Assembly: GCF_018350175.1 (NCBI RefSeq)
Contig: NC_058368.1
Coordinates: forward strand, 175,462,001-175,526,000
Reading direction: 5' to 3'
Source: Felis catus
Taxonomy: Eukaryota
Length of the DNA: 64,000 bases
Part shown: positions 50,941 through 64,000 of the stretch, piece by piece
Numbering within the stretch: the stretch's first letter is position 1
Layout: every line of letters begins with the position of its first letter
Notes under the pieces: generated by a model
What the model was told of the DNA's origin: nothing
What the model saw: only the letters and a program-made list of their open reading frames with translations
Databases searched by the model: none
Made by a program: the position numbers and the translations under genes

Positions 50941-52794
50941 CTGCATGTCAAATGAGAAAAAAAACAAAAAACAAAAACAACCTTTCAAACATTGTCAAAA
51001 TAATCAACTGTGATTTCAACTACCAGCTTTTGAAACTGAAAAAAGTTGGCTATGCTCCGCATTTCCTAGTAAATGTCTCAAAAACAAGGAATTTGGATGG
51101 TGAGAGGTCAATTTAATACACCCTTCTGACTTGTTTTTAAGTTCTTCGAGAACACTGTAAAGCTGTATTGAATTTTACTTGTGGTAAGAGAAGTTTTTGG
51201 CTATCACTGTCACCCAGGATCCAAACTAGGTAACATGGAACACGATCTAAACCGACTCCTACCATACTGATCTTACATTGTCCCAGAATTCCCTGCTAAC
51301 TAGCAATTCAGCAAATATGTCGATATTTAATTCAAGACTTTTTCACCACTACAGGATAAACAGCAATTTTACACGATGGCTTGATTAATCCCTCATAAAG
51401 AAAATCGTAACAAATGAAATCTTTAGGCAATTTATAAACTTCCTTTTAGCCAAAGGAAGTTTCTTGTCCCTTGTCAAATTTCCCACCATGTCCCAAACGC
51501 TGAAAAGTAAAAGGTCTGGCATTTTATTGCCAAGTAGTTACGGCTAAGAGAAGCATACAATATACTGATACGTATGTCCTTGAATATCAGGAAAAGGGCA
51601 GTACAAACTTTCAATCAAGAAGCTTTTGAGAAAATGGCTCCCCTGAAACCAACTGGCACTTAAAAGCCGGGCTTGCCCAAACACCTGAAACCAATTCAAC
51701 GAACATTGCTTGAATGCCTGATCTGGCTGGGCACTACAGACAAAGCACACGGCCCTGACTACACAGAACTAGCAAACGTAAATGCCAGACAGCCGCATAA
51801 GCAAATAATGATAATACAGCATGCCTACTGCAGTGGTAGTTATGTGTTAGGTGCAACAGAAACAGAGGAGGAAAGCAACTGGCTCCGATTAAAGAGTCAG
51901 GGAGAGGGGGTGTGGCATTGGAGGAGATGGGATGGCATGTGAGACCTTAAGGAACAAACAGAGGAAGGGCACTGCAGGCCTAGCAATGCAGCAAATAGGA
52001 GCGCTGTCATGGTCAGGAAAAGGTGCCTAGAACAGAAGGACATGGAACGAGTGAGGACCTGGCTGCAGAGGAGTGTTCAAACAGGAAGTCGGGGTCGATT
52101 TTTGAGTTAGAAGGTGGAGTCGTACCTTGAAGAAGTCATTATACAAACTGGTCGGGGTTTTAGTTCTTAGCCCACTAAATAAATGCTTAAGATGTTTAAT
52201 TCGGTTATAAGGGAGTTGTAACTTAGAAGCACTGTGTGGGTATTTTCCAAAGTGAGAGTGTCTCACACAAAATACATGTTCTCCCACTAGTACGTAACAT
52301 TGGATTTCACCAAAATACTTGAACAAATGGATTAAAACCACATAAAATCTCCCTCAACTAGGTTTTCACTTTGGTAGGTCTTAAATTTGGGGTGAGGGGA
52401 GGTATTTTCTCAGTTAACTTGACACAGGTTGCAAAGACAAAGATATAAAAACAGGTGCTTGTTTAAGAACATTCTAGTCCTATAACTACTTCAATGACAA
52501 GGGAGTTTGGGAAAACGAATGATTTGAAAATCTCGGTTCCGTCAAACTTAAAAAGTTGACTGATGCCACTCAGATTTCTAAGAAAACAAATATTTGAAAA
52601 GAGTAGACTTTTAAAAGCTATAAAATTAACATAAAGCTCTCATAGCTTCCACTTATCAAAAATAAATACAGTTTCAGGAACAGTAAATGCTATAGATTAA
52701 AGGCAAAAATAAAATCTCAAAAATCTTTAAATGTATACTTCCAAACTTTGATCTTATACCACAAAATTAAGCTGGTTAATACACAAGAATTCAT

Positions 52795-53019
52795 GGGGCA
52801 CCTGGGTGGCGCAGTCGGTTAAGCGTCCGACTTCAGCCAGGTCACGATCTCGCGGTCGGTGAGTTCGAGCCCCGCGTCGGGCTCTGGGCTGGTGGCTCAG
52901 AGCCTGGAGCCTGTTTCTGATTCTGTGTCTCCCTCTCTCTGCCCCTCCCCCGTTCATGCTCTGTCTCTCTCTGTCCCAAAAATAAATAAACGTTGAAAAA
53001 AAAAAATTAAAAAAAAAAA
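52795..53019 (+). mobile_element. Young-looking Can-SINE in CPEB4 intron 3
   Basis: TSD aagaattcat at 52785-52794 and 53020-53029; nearly identical to 20174-20396. Confidence 0.95.
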
Positions 53020-53897
53020 AAGAATTCATGAAAACTATTCAGAAATGCTTTCCCACACTGAGAAAAATAAGGGATAGGCACACAACGCTTACAACCACAA
53101 AAACTGTCAAATGAGGTAGGGAAATTAATATAAATTAGTGCCAAAAGATAAAAACAATGATATTCTAGAACACAGAAGAGAAGAATGTTTATTTCCACTT
53201 ATTATTGCGCTGTTAATCATACATTATTTTTAATGCAGATTTTGACATGACAAAATAAAGTACACAGATCATTAAGTACAGAGTCCAATGAATTTTCCAG
53301 AACATGAATACACCTATGTAACCAGAACCCAGATATTAACAGAGTAGTAAATGGTGCCACTTCATCCTACATAGGAAAGATGTAACAAGCATCTTTTTCC
53401 CAACTATTTCAAATTATACTTGGCTTAAGATTATGATGATGGAATACTTGAAACACAGGTCTGCGCCACTTTATTGAGGAAAATGTCAGATTTGAAATCT
53501 CATGATCATCAAATGTTACATATTATTTCATGTTTCTCAAACATCCAAGGAAGTGGTGGGTAAAAAAAAAAAAAAAAAAAAAAAATCACTTAAATATGTA
53601 TAAAGAAATCTACACTTTGGAAAATTCTAGCTAAGTTGGCTGAAATGAACTCTGCCCAGATTCTTCCTTTAATTTTCAAAGGGTACACTGTTAAAGATAT
53701 TTGTAAAATGCATGCTATTATTACACACAAATCTTCTAGTCCCCATATGATTTAAAATGACTACTATTTATATGTTTACCTACTTTTATTATAATTTCTT
53801 AGTTTTCACTTATAAAGTCCTCAATAATTTCATGTTCAGTATTAACATGATTCAAGAATGCTCTAAATGGACTGGAAACATTGTAGCTATAAATTAT

Positions 53898-54104
53898 TCT
53901 TTAATGTTTTATTTATTTTTAAGACAGAGAGAGACAGAGCATGAGTGGGGATGGGGCAGAGAGAGAGGGAGACACAGAATCCCAAGCAGGCTCCAGGCTC
54001 TGAGCTGTCAGCACAGAGCCCGACCCGGGGCTCAAACTCATGAACCGCCAGATCCTGAAGAGCCAAAGTCAGATGCTTAACTGACTGAACAACCCAGGTG
54101 CCCC
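53898..54104 (-). mobile_element. Can-SINE in CPEB4 intron 3
   Basis: SINE consensus; tagctat duplication. Confidence 0.9.
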
Positions 54105-54329
54105 ATAGCTATCAATTTTTATGATTTCTAGATGCATGCTGTTAGGAGATCTATTGATAAATCCTTTCTCTCCAAAATGTCTCCACAGGATTGCTTACAA
54201 ATGCCCTACATTCATCATTAAACTCCCTCTAGTAACATTCCAGTATTCTGGGATGCTAGATTTGCAAAGAAGGTAGAGATAGACTTTTCAGATCTTTTTT
54301 CTATAGATCATTATAAAAATGAAAATATT

Positions 54330-54546
54330 GGGGCGCCTGGGTGGCTCAGTCGGTTAAGCGTCCGACTTCAGCTCAGGTCACGATCTCGCGGTCCGTGAGT
54401 CCGAGCCCCGCGTCAGGCTCTGGGCTGATGGCTCCGAGCCTGGAGCCTGCTTCCGATTCTGTGTCTCCCTCTCTCTCTGCCCCTCCCCCATTCATGCTCT
54501 GTCTCTGTCTCAAAAATAAATAAACATTTAAAAAAAATTTTTTTTT
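54330..54546 (+). mobile_element. Can-SINE in CPEB4 intron 3
   Basis: TSD aaatgaaaatatt at 54317-54329 and 54547-54559. Confidence 0.95.
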
Positions 54547-56369
54547 AAATGAAAATATTATTTGTTTCTTATAAAGTATCTTTTTCTCATTGTTTCTCAT
54601 TTGTCAAACGTTTCTCGTTTCTTGTCAAAAAGAAACAAGTATCCATAACAGTGAAACAATCTTAAGAAGTAAATACCTAGCATGTAGCCATTTTAAGAGT
54701 GGCAAATATTCATGTGCTGGTATCTAAAGCTCTCTCAGAGAGTTTCCATGAGTTGCCTATGTGTGTACTGTATGGTTCATAATGTGTAAATTTAAAAATA
54801 AAGAAAATACAAATAGGTATGTGGGAATTTGCATAAATCTTTTTTCTAAAAACCACAAGAACCTTCAGGGAGAAAAACTGGCATGGGGAAAGAAAGAAGG
54901 ATTTCACTTCTTGTTTTATCCTTTTCTGTATTATTTACATTAATCAACTACATTACTATACTCGCTCACAGATCGTTTTTGGTTTTCTTCTTGGTACTGA
55001 CATTAAAAACAAACAAATGATACATTAAAGAAAAGCAACTTTGTAAAGAAGAGGCTTTAGGCCATGAGGGATAAGAGATTACTACGTGTTAGGAGGCAAT
55101 GAAAGACTGATCACACTCCGGCAACTCTGGCCTACCTCAGGCCTTTGGTCTACAACTCTCACTGCCCCCAAGCTGAGAACACAGATAGCAATTCTATTTG
55201 GAAAAACAAGGGGAGAGGGCTCAGAATAAGAGATGTTATCGAACAACAGATTCTTCCAACAGGACTAAAAAAAAAAGTATGTAGGGGAATTAGTCAAATT
55301 TGTAGTCACTTAAAAAGATATAAATCAAAGGCTGGAAGCTAAAAGAATGAAGATGGTAGAACCAAAAAGCAGGCAATCATCATAAAGACTGGGGCCTACA
55401 ATTCAACAAAGAGGCAAAGAATCATTTTAAATCATTTTATAAATCTACCCCTAATGTAATGGACGCAGTGTCCCAAATTTTAAATCTACGTTTCACAGTT
55501 AGAATCTCCTACGTCACGTTGGCTTGTGTTTACGCTAACTTGTTGGTATGATATTCAAAGACACGGATAAGATGAGACAAATATATTATGTGTGAAGAGC
55601 TATTTTAGAGAAGGGCAGAGGATGTGACTCTCGTTTCTCTATATCCCCAACCCTCAGTTTTTTATAAAAATGGAGAGCTGATTAGAGAATAACAAAAGAT
55701 AGCCTATGTATATATCATGACCACATAGCCAGATGTTCAGTAAATAGTAATTTTCTCCCTCCACAAAAGTAAACTCATGTGTCTATATTCTGAGGTTGGT
55801 CTTCAATAATTACTCTCGGCTTTTCATTACTATTCTAAGGCTAACAACCGCAGAGCACTTTAGAGTTTACAGTGTTTTCATATTATCTTTTTCAGGAAGG
55901 CATCTTTCAACATGCTCCTTATTCTAGCAACTAGAACCATATTATATACATTTTCAGTAAGTGACTATAATCTACTTTTCTCCTGGGTAAATTATACCCT
56001 CTCTCTTTTCATAGATTTCTGTGTATGTCGCCACCCCCCCCCACCCCCACCCCACCGCCCTGCAACCCTTAAGCAAACAATCTTCCTCCTCTCATTCCAA
56101 AGAACTATAATTAAGAGTTGTTGTTCTATGCTAACCTTTAAAAGATCTCTTACGAATCTCCTATCTGGGACAAACAAATATTTTAATGGATGCTTCCAAG
56201 TAAAAGACATCCACAGAGAAAAGGAAATACATACATGAATCTGTTAAAACCTAATATATTCCGCTGTTATTCTCTAACTTTCCCTGCCAGAAGTTCTATT
56301 TTGGAAGCAGTTAATCCTATGGGCTGAAGCAGCGGAATGGGAGGTTGGGAAAAAAAAGTGCCAAGCTCA

Positions 56370-56533
56370 GGGGCGCCTGGGTGGCTCAGTCGGTTAAGCA
56401 GCTGACTTCAGCTCAAGTCATGACCTCACAGTTCAGGAGTTCAAGCCCCGTCATCAGGCTCTGCGCTCTCAGCTTTGCCTGAACTCTCTTTCTCTCTCAA
56501 AAATAAATAAATACGCATTAAAAAAAAAAAAAA
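56370..56533 (+). mobile_element. Internally deleted Can-SINE
   Basis: Intact head, shortened body, A-tail. Confidence 0.85.
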
Positions 56534-56815
56534 GTATCAAGCACGAATACTTTTATACAGAGGTGGTGGTAGTTGTACGTTAGTCTTCTCAGGCAAAATA
56601 AATTCTCAAGATGGGTAAAGGGAAAATTAATCTTTTAATCTGATGTCTGTCTCAAAGCTACACCAAGGAATCTGAAGGACCTGAGGAGAGTCTGGCCTAA
56701 GCTCCTTTCTGACTTGGCTGAGAAACTGAGTCAGTTTCAGGCTTGCTTTTCATAACCATGAAATGGATGTTCTAACTATATTCCTATTACATAAAACTTA
56801 TTTGGAAAAGGTGTC

Positions 56816-57218
56816 TGTTCTGGGATGAATTGTGTCCCCTTCTCAAAATTCCTATGCTAAAGTCCTAACCTCCAGGACCTCAGAATGGGACTATGTTTGA
56901 CAACAGGATCTTTACAGAGGTACTTAAGGTTAAATGAGGTCATTGAGGTAGGCCCGAATCCAAAATGACTGATGTCCTTATAAGAAGAAATTAGGACACC
57001 ATTCATGCACAGAGGCAAAATCATGTGAACACAGAGAGAAGACAGCCATCTAGCCAAGGAGAGAGGCCTCAGAAGAAATCAACCCTCCTGGCACTTTGAT
57101 CTTGAACTTCTAGCCTCCAAGACTGGAAGCTGGAGTTTATTTCTTCCGAGGAAAAAAAATGTCTGTTTAAACCACCAGCCTACGGTACTTGTTAAGGCGG
57201 CTCTAGCAAATGAATACG
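56816..57218. mobile_element. MLT1-type (MaLR) solo LTR
   Basis: tgttctgggatgaattgtgtcccc...gccaaggagagaggcctcagaagaaatcaaccct...ctagcaaatgaatac. Confidence 0.85.
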
Positions 57219-58077
57219 GCATCCAGAAAGTAGCTACGAAGTTTGGGGGTTTTATACACTTAAAACCCAAGGATTTCCCCTGTGAATGTCCCTTAAAAAA
57301 AAATCTCTACAACTGATAACGGCAATAAATTGAATAATTCCCCCAGAATGTGCACTACAACATTCTTAGCATAGTTATCAATTATTATCTGTTGAATTAT
57401 ACTTGCAGTGTCTTTTAAAAGTCATGAGTGGTATATGAAGGTCACTGCATAGTATGAAAACTGATGATTGAGCATGGCCAAGGGGGAAAAAAGTAATTTG
57501 ATCTACCAGATGAGTAAGCCCTTTTTATCTCTGTACATGCAAATCCCAACACTACTCCAATATAAACTCAATATAAACTGTTGAAGCTGGTAGACCACTC
57601 TGAACATCCTGAATCTTTTTTTCTTTTTATTTATTGAGGATTTAAACCCTACTTTTTTCCAAAAAGAACTTGGAGGTTGCCTGAAAATTTCAAAACAAAT
57701 TGTACGATAAAAATCAGTCGAAATTCAGAGATTCATGGGAGAAAGAGTAAACAATTCTTACATATTTTTATCTGAACAAAAGAGAAATGTCTTGCCACTC
57801 AACAGTGGCTTGGAAGAAAAAAACTCTGAAACACTGCAGGTTACACAAAGTCGAATAGCTACATAACCACTTTTATAAAGGTTTTAAAACATGAACAGAT
57901 GATTTATGGTGGGCAGGGAAGGAAAGCTCCTATAGTTCCTTAAAGTCTTAAACTTAATAATGAATATACAGCAGCACCATGAACTAGGCTGTTATCTTCA
58001 GTGTTCAGAAAAGACTGCAAGGACATAAGACAGGAAGGGACTGTAATTCAAAATGAATACAGTAAGTTTCATGTTAT

Positions 58078-58292
58078 CTATTTTAATTTTGTTTAATGTT
58101 GATTCATTTTTCAGAAAGAGAGCATGAGAAGTGGGGGGAGGACAGAGAGAGAGGGAGACACAGAATCCAAAGTAGGCTCCAGGCTCCGAACGGTCAGCAC
58201 AGAGCCTGACACAGGGCTCGATCCCACAGACCGCGAGATCACGACCTGAGCTGAAGTCGGATGCTTAACCGACTGAGCCACCCAGGCGCCCC
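58078..58292 (-). mobile_element. Can-SINE in CPEB4 intron 3
   Basis: SINE consensus in antisense orientation. Confidence 0.88.
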
Positions 58293-60752
58293 TCTGTTAA
58301 TAATCAGACAAAGAAAGCATGGTCAACTATAGACAATTCTTAGACTCCTCTTAATCCCTTGTTTTTTCCTTACAAATTTTTAGCATCTATTCCTAACCAT
58401 TCTAATTATTTTAATTTGACTGTGTGCCATGTATTATGCTAAGTGGTTTACATGCATTTCATCTTCATCTCAATTCTGTGAAATGGGTAGTATTTGTGAG
58501 TTTATCGTCATTAAGTACAATTAATGCTTTACACTAGATTTCCAAAACATGAGCTAAATTGACAGCAAAGTTACTAAAAACTCAACACATGAATAAGAGT
58601 AATTTATCTATAGAAGCAATCCACCATAGAAGATGCTTCATAAGTCTGACTGAAGAGAACAGGCAATGCCCACATCTAATCAAGGTGACTGAAAACTGCC
58701 TCAACGTCCCTCCGTCCCCACTTTGTTTCAATTCCAGGATTTTAAAGTAATCTGCTATAATCTGGACTTTGCTACCGGGGAGAAAATGACCCTGTCAGCC
58801 AACTCCAGCATCCGGTCAACCTAGTTTTATTCCGTATTAAAAATGTATAAATTGGCATCTGGTCCTAGTTGGCTGGTGATTAAAAACTGACACTTGATCA
58901 AATCTGACAAAATCAAGTTCTAGGACCCTCTGAGATGAACACTAGATCTGAGACTACGGTAGTCATAACCCCACTCTGCGATCCTGCTTAAGGAACCAGT
59001 AAGTTCTCCCTCTTTGACATCTCTTTGTTCTTTATCTTCCTACCTTTCAGTTTGAGACCATATTAACCTCAGCCAGTATATCTAATAAACAAAATTTCCA
59101 TGAATGTAACAGCAAAAACCATAGAGTCTGTGGGCCCGTAAAATGTCAGAATATAATTATTTGGGGGAGAAAGTTACCCTTATTTTTCTTTGCCAAGTAG
59201 GGGTCACAAAAACTAATCTATTCATTAAAAAAAAGGATATTAATGGCAGGGGGGAGGAGGAAATATATATAATATTAGACTCTAAAAATTTTGAAGTGAA
59301 TTTAGCTTTAAAGAAAACCCATGAGAGAGTCTCGCCTCAACAAAGATGGACCCCAGAGGCAAATGATCTAATTTAGCAACTGCATGAGGAAAGTGAGACA
59401 AAGAAGACTTGGCCACTTTGCCTAAGATCACACATCAATATCTCAAATCTTGGGTTCACTGCCATTTCCAGCACACAGACTCTGGAACTCGTTCCACAAG
59501 AAAAGCTAAGATCCTGCTGTAATGGCAACCCCTTATATTCTTCCCCCTTATCCCGATGTCATTATCACCACTGGGTTTGGTTTTCGGTCTACACACATTT
59601 ACGCTGAAGTATTATATTTTGACATTATTTCTGGTAGCTGTAGCATGAAGAGTCTGATAATAAGTGAGGCTTTTATCAACTGTACGGTCTCCAGAGGATC
59701 TGACGCATCCATCGCAATTCTCACCAATCAAATTTCTTTTCACTTTTCCTGACTCAACAATCCTATGTCCTTCAGAATACTGATTTCAAACATAAAAGCA
59801 GATCCAGTCACAAAAATAATTTGTAATCCTCCATTCATGATATACCATGGACAAGGAGTACAAGGTGGTGTGTTGGTTTTCTGCTTGCTTGTTTGGTTTG
59901 ATTTCCTTTTTGGAATGATGAGAAGAATATGGCTATTTCGTCAGGGAATACTTCTTCGAGATGGTGGGACTTAAACTTTGGCAGATAGAAGGCATTGTGA
60001 ACACACAAATTTAAGATCCATATTCAATAGTGGATGAGTAGAAAAGAAGTAAATATGTCTTTTGAATTCTACCCAATTAAACGATAGTAGAACAAAACAG
60101 ACACTTTTTGATTCTTTAATTCCTTCTAGGAGTAGATGCCCCTTCCTGGTGAAAGGTAGTCTGTTTCAGCAAATGCGCATAAAAGAGAACTCGATAGTAC
60201 AATGGGGTAATATTTAGAACCAGAAAGGAGAATTTACCAAAGGCACTGTAGAGGCCAATAAAATTTCATCCTTCTTGTTCTCATTAGACAGCCAACAGTG
60301 AATGACCTTGTCCTTCACAATGTCAAGCCCTGTGGTCTCAGGCTGCTTTTTCTGGTTTCAGATCTCTGATTACCCTCCTTTCCCCCTGGAACATTCTTCT
60401 AACTACATGGAAATGGTTTTTATGTTGACATTTCAAAGGTCACTCCACAGAATCTAAGGGTAGATTAAACCGTTCTTTATGTATCAGTATGTGATTCTCA
60501 TTTATCCTGTCACCAGTTTCAAGACAGAGAATCAGTTGGTTCTCAAAGTTTAAAAAGTTCCTGCCACAATCAGGAGGAAACATAATTATTCATTATACAG
60601 CTAATAGATTAATAGCAACTTGCAATTGTGATTACAGAACAAACTAATGTCATTTTTTCCACCGGTCAAAGCATACCTACTATATTTTCTCATCTAGGAC
60701 TAACTTGGTTCAGTTCTGTGAACTTCGCTAGGGTAAATCAATTATCACTTAC

Positions 60753-60803
60753 CATTAATAAGCAGAGAGCTATCGGATCCTGGATATGAATAGTTTAGAC
60801 GAC
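60753..60803 (-). CDS. CPEB4: CPEB4 exon 3 (51-nt alternative exon, GRLNYSYPGSDSSLLIN)
   Basis: Minus strand reads ccttcttttaccttcag|GTCGTCTAAAC...CTTATTAATG|gtaagt. Phase 1-1, 51 nt; translation matches the CPEB4 alternative segment as I recall it. Confidence 0.93.
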
Positions 60804-63800
60804 CTGAAGGTAAAAGAAGGCCGTTACTAAATTTATTTTTTTCATAGATGGTTTAAACGTATTTGTAACAAAGCTGAATTAATAGCTTTAATAGGTAAGG
60901 TATTTTTAAAAAGCTTTATTATGGGATAAAACTTTGCTGTGCTAATGAACACAATGAGTCAGAGGACATGTCAATCAGTATGTTCACAAACATCCAAAAA
61001 GGGCAAGTTTGAAAGTGGGAAAATAAAATATCCCTCATATTTAACTATTTGCTCTCTAATTTCCAAATTCCCACACAAAGTAATTTCCTTTATCACATTA
61101 TGTTCTAACACAAACTCATCATGATAGTTTTTTTGCTCCATAAGTGTGAAAGTTTTCAGGTGTGCAGTTTTTTGGTGCTTTTTTAAAAGTACATAAGTAG
61201 CAGGAAGATTTCTCTATATAATTCATAACAAAAGCCCAGGCTTATAACTACATGTACAGACACACTAATAGGTTTAAATTCTCATTTGGGAGGAAATGCA
61301 CAGAAGGTAAGCAAAACATATCACTGTACTTACATGTGACAGAAAATATCAAAGCCCAGAGCACAATGCCCAGAGCACAATAGGTGCTCAATAAATGCCG
61401 GGTTGGTTTACTTCTGATTTTGAGGTGATTCAAAATCTAGTTCTGAACCTACAGTGGACACCCAAGATGTCCATCAGAAGAGAAGCTGGGTTGGCACTAA
61501 AATTTTTGGAAGCCACAGCATCTTCTAAATTGGTAGCCACAAATAAAGGGAGGGAAACAGCAGTGGGGTGGATCTCTCCATTTATAAGGAATTACATTTC
61601 TGTTTTGGAGGAGTTTCTAAATATCTACACCACATAGTACCATGCACTACTTCTGGGTACACACCATACCCCTAGTCCTACTCTGTAAATTATAAACATC
61701 ATCGGGGCAACAGTTTTAAGTCTCCATATTCTACACGTTCATCTGCACCCGCCTTCCTAAGAATGGCGGAAAACCCTCTACAAGTCTAAAGAACGAATAG
61801 GAGAACGTGACTGTTAATTATCTACCATGGTCAGCACTTTGTAAATCGGGAAATAGTGTGAGAATTTAAAACTGACTCCTAACTACAGACATTTCATTAG
61901 GAAATAGCACACTAAACTCTAATCCCACAGAATCACAGCAGACTCTCCGAAGGTATGGAAAAGTGGGTAAGCAGAGGTTCTCGCACGCCTTAAGGCTGAG
62001 GCAAGCCTTCCAACAAGCCAGGAGGCTCTATCTAGCTCCAGGAAACACTATGGGAACCAGAGCCAATATGTGGTCCTATCGCTCCACCAGCCATATATTC
62101 ACAACTCCTCAGAAAGGAACTTTAGGCCCCAACTATCTTTCGATTTCTCAAATTCTGCTTCTTTGAAATAGTCTCCAAAGAAACGACCTCATGCCATGAA
62201 AAAAGAAAACTGTGCTCTATTGCGAATAGCTTCAGTTAACCCATGTCCAAAACTTGGGAGTCTAATATGAAACAAAATCTGGACTTCGTAATTTTCCTAT
62301 ACTTTAAGGCCAAATACAAGGATTATTATTAAGTTGTTAATTATTTCACTTAAATTTCAGTTTGCTCCTAGTTAGACTGAAGCTAGGGATGGAAATAGGA
62401 AAGGAGGAGGTAAAAGTTAATTCTGATATTCAACTTCTTCATGAAAGTTGGCTCAATTATTTAACGCTAATATACACAGCCAAGTATCCAAGTCGGGCGA
62501 ATTCCGTCTAAACTGCTTTTAACTATAAGCCTGGATCGTATGATCTGTCACAAGCATTTTTTTTTCTTTTTTTTTTTTTTTTTTAAAGCAGAGACTGGTG
62601 ATGCTGGAAAAAGAACATGACCTTAACTGTTCAAAAAGTCAGGGGCGGGTGAGTAGTGTTTCTGAATCAGTTAACTCAAAGTAGCAGCTGATTTTCTGTA
62701 ATGGGACACACGTATAAATTTTATTGCTGCAAAAACCCTCTAGTAAATAAGAGCACTATGATACATACCATTTTCATTTACCATTTCATTTTTTAAGTTG
62801 ATGTAAGTCAACACAGAAACAAAAGTATTTAACTGTATTAATCGAAGTTAAAAGGAAATGTTTTACTTCTAAGAAGATATTCTATTTTTTTTTTTTTTTT
62901 AATGCTAACATTCCAGGTGAAACCGGAACTGTTCCATATAAACTAAATGCCTCTTATCTGACGCCAAGAAGGGATAACCAACAACGAGAATCCAAAAAAG
63001 ACAAATGACCAAACTGGCTGGCCCAGTTTACACAAGCCAAGTTCCACCTTATCAGAAACTCACCTTTTGGGTATCTCTTTTAAGGAGAGAGAGACAAGAA
63101 GAATATTTCAACTTGACAGGCACAAAAATGTCCTTAACTCAGTTCTGAGTTTGCCTCAACACACAGCTTCTGAGGAGATCCTACCCTTTACCGCCAAGGT
63201 AGGTGACCTTTGACACCTTTCCTGCTCTTCGGACTTCTGAAGGCCGTAACTCTACCCTTCGGCTAAGACAATAGGGCACTGAAGAATCGACAGCCAAGTT
63301 CATAGTTTAACTCTGAAAGTGATACTTGTTTTTAATTTTCTAACCTGGTCTTGTGATATGAGTCCTGTCAAGCTGGAATCAATTTTGGCCTCCAGGTAAC
63401 AAATACACCTGTGACATTTTGTTAACCAGTAATCAGTAATGTTTTCTACTTCAATTCAGAAAATATACGCAATGATATTTTTTTTCAAAAAACTTTTTTT
63501 AAAACTTCATAATGCTTCCTTAACCTGACTGCCCTACCCTTCGGTAAATTCTTTCTACAATTAAAATATCTAGAGTCATCCATTGATGACATCCATTATG
63601 GATGACACGTATCACTTCCTTTCTGGGAATCTTCCATAAACTCTCATTTTAAGTGCCATGGGACATTCAAGTCTTCCATAAGCCTTTTCATTCTCCTTGT
63701 ACACCCTTCATTTCTGTGCGAATATTCCCTCTGTTCTACGGATGCCAATTTTTACAGACATTTCTGCGGTTTCTATTCCACAGCTAGATCACTGACAATC

Positions 63801-64000
63801 CCTTCTTTTGTCTGACAGTACTCTCTTCCTTTGTTCCCAGGGGAGGGGATTTTTCAAATCTTTTCTTTTTTTTCTCTCTTCAGATTCACCCTTTTCCAGT
63901 GCAACCTTCCCCAAAAGGCAACCCCCTTTCTAGATTAACTCACTAAGTTTTATTTCTAACTATGTTGCCACAGCCAACCTTGTTAGGTAATCATCTAAAT

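Noticed and set aside
39014..60803. Assignment to CPEB2 or CPEB3, and an HDV-like CPEB3 ribozyme
   Set aside because: The exon 3 sequence, ARTYGRRR and adjacency to C5orf47 indicate CPEB4; the ribozyme belongs to CPEB3 and I saw no matching sequence.

Overview
Mammalian genomic DNA, almost certainly felid, judged from about 20 tRNA-derived Can-SINEs of SINEC_Fc type with intact target-site duplications. Two minus-strand genes lie in tandem. (1) The 3' part of CPEB4: coding exons 3-10 (numbered by analogy with human), including the 51-nt exon 3 (60753-60803) and the 24-nt neuronal microexon ARTYGRRR (50917-50940), both missed or misread by the ORF track, then RRM1, RRM2 and the ZZ-type zinc finger, and a ~4.2 kb AU-rich 3'UTR ending near AATAAA at 34808-34813. 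(2) A complete C5orf47 ortholog: CpG-island first exon with ATG at 15214, four coding exons giving 160 aa, one inferred GC-AG intron and a probable non-coding last exon. The ~19 kb intergenic region holds old L1, L2, MIR and MLT relics, an intact 626-bp solo ERV LTR, a CTCF motif cluster and an RFX X-box. I find no evidence for a wholly new biological system. The best leads are candidate unannotated CPEB4 exons (63064-63076, 49704-49751), a duplicated miR-30-site module in the CPEB4 3'UTR, the GC-AG intron, and inverted SINE pairs. Gene and repeat family names come from recognition, not from database searches.
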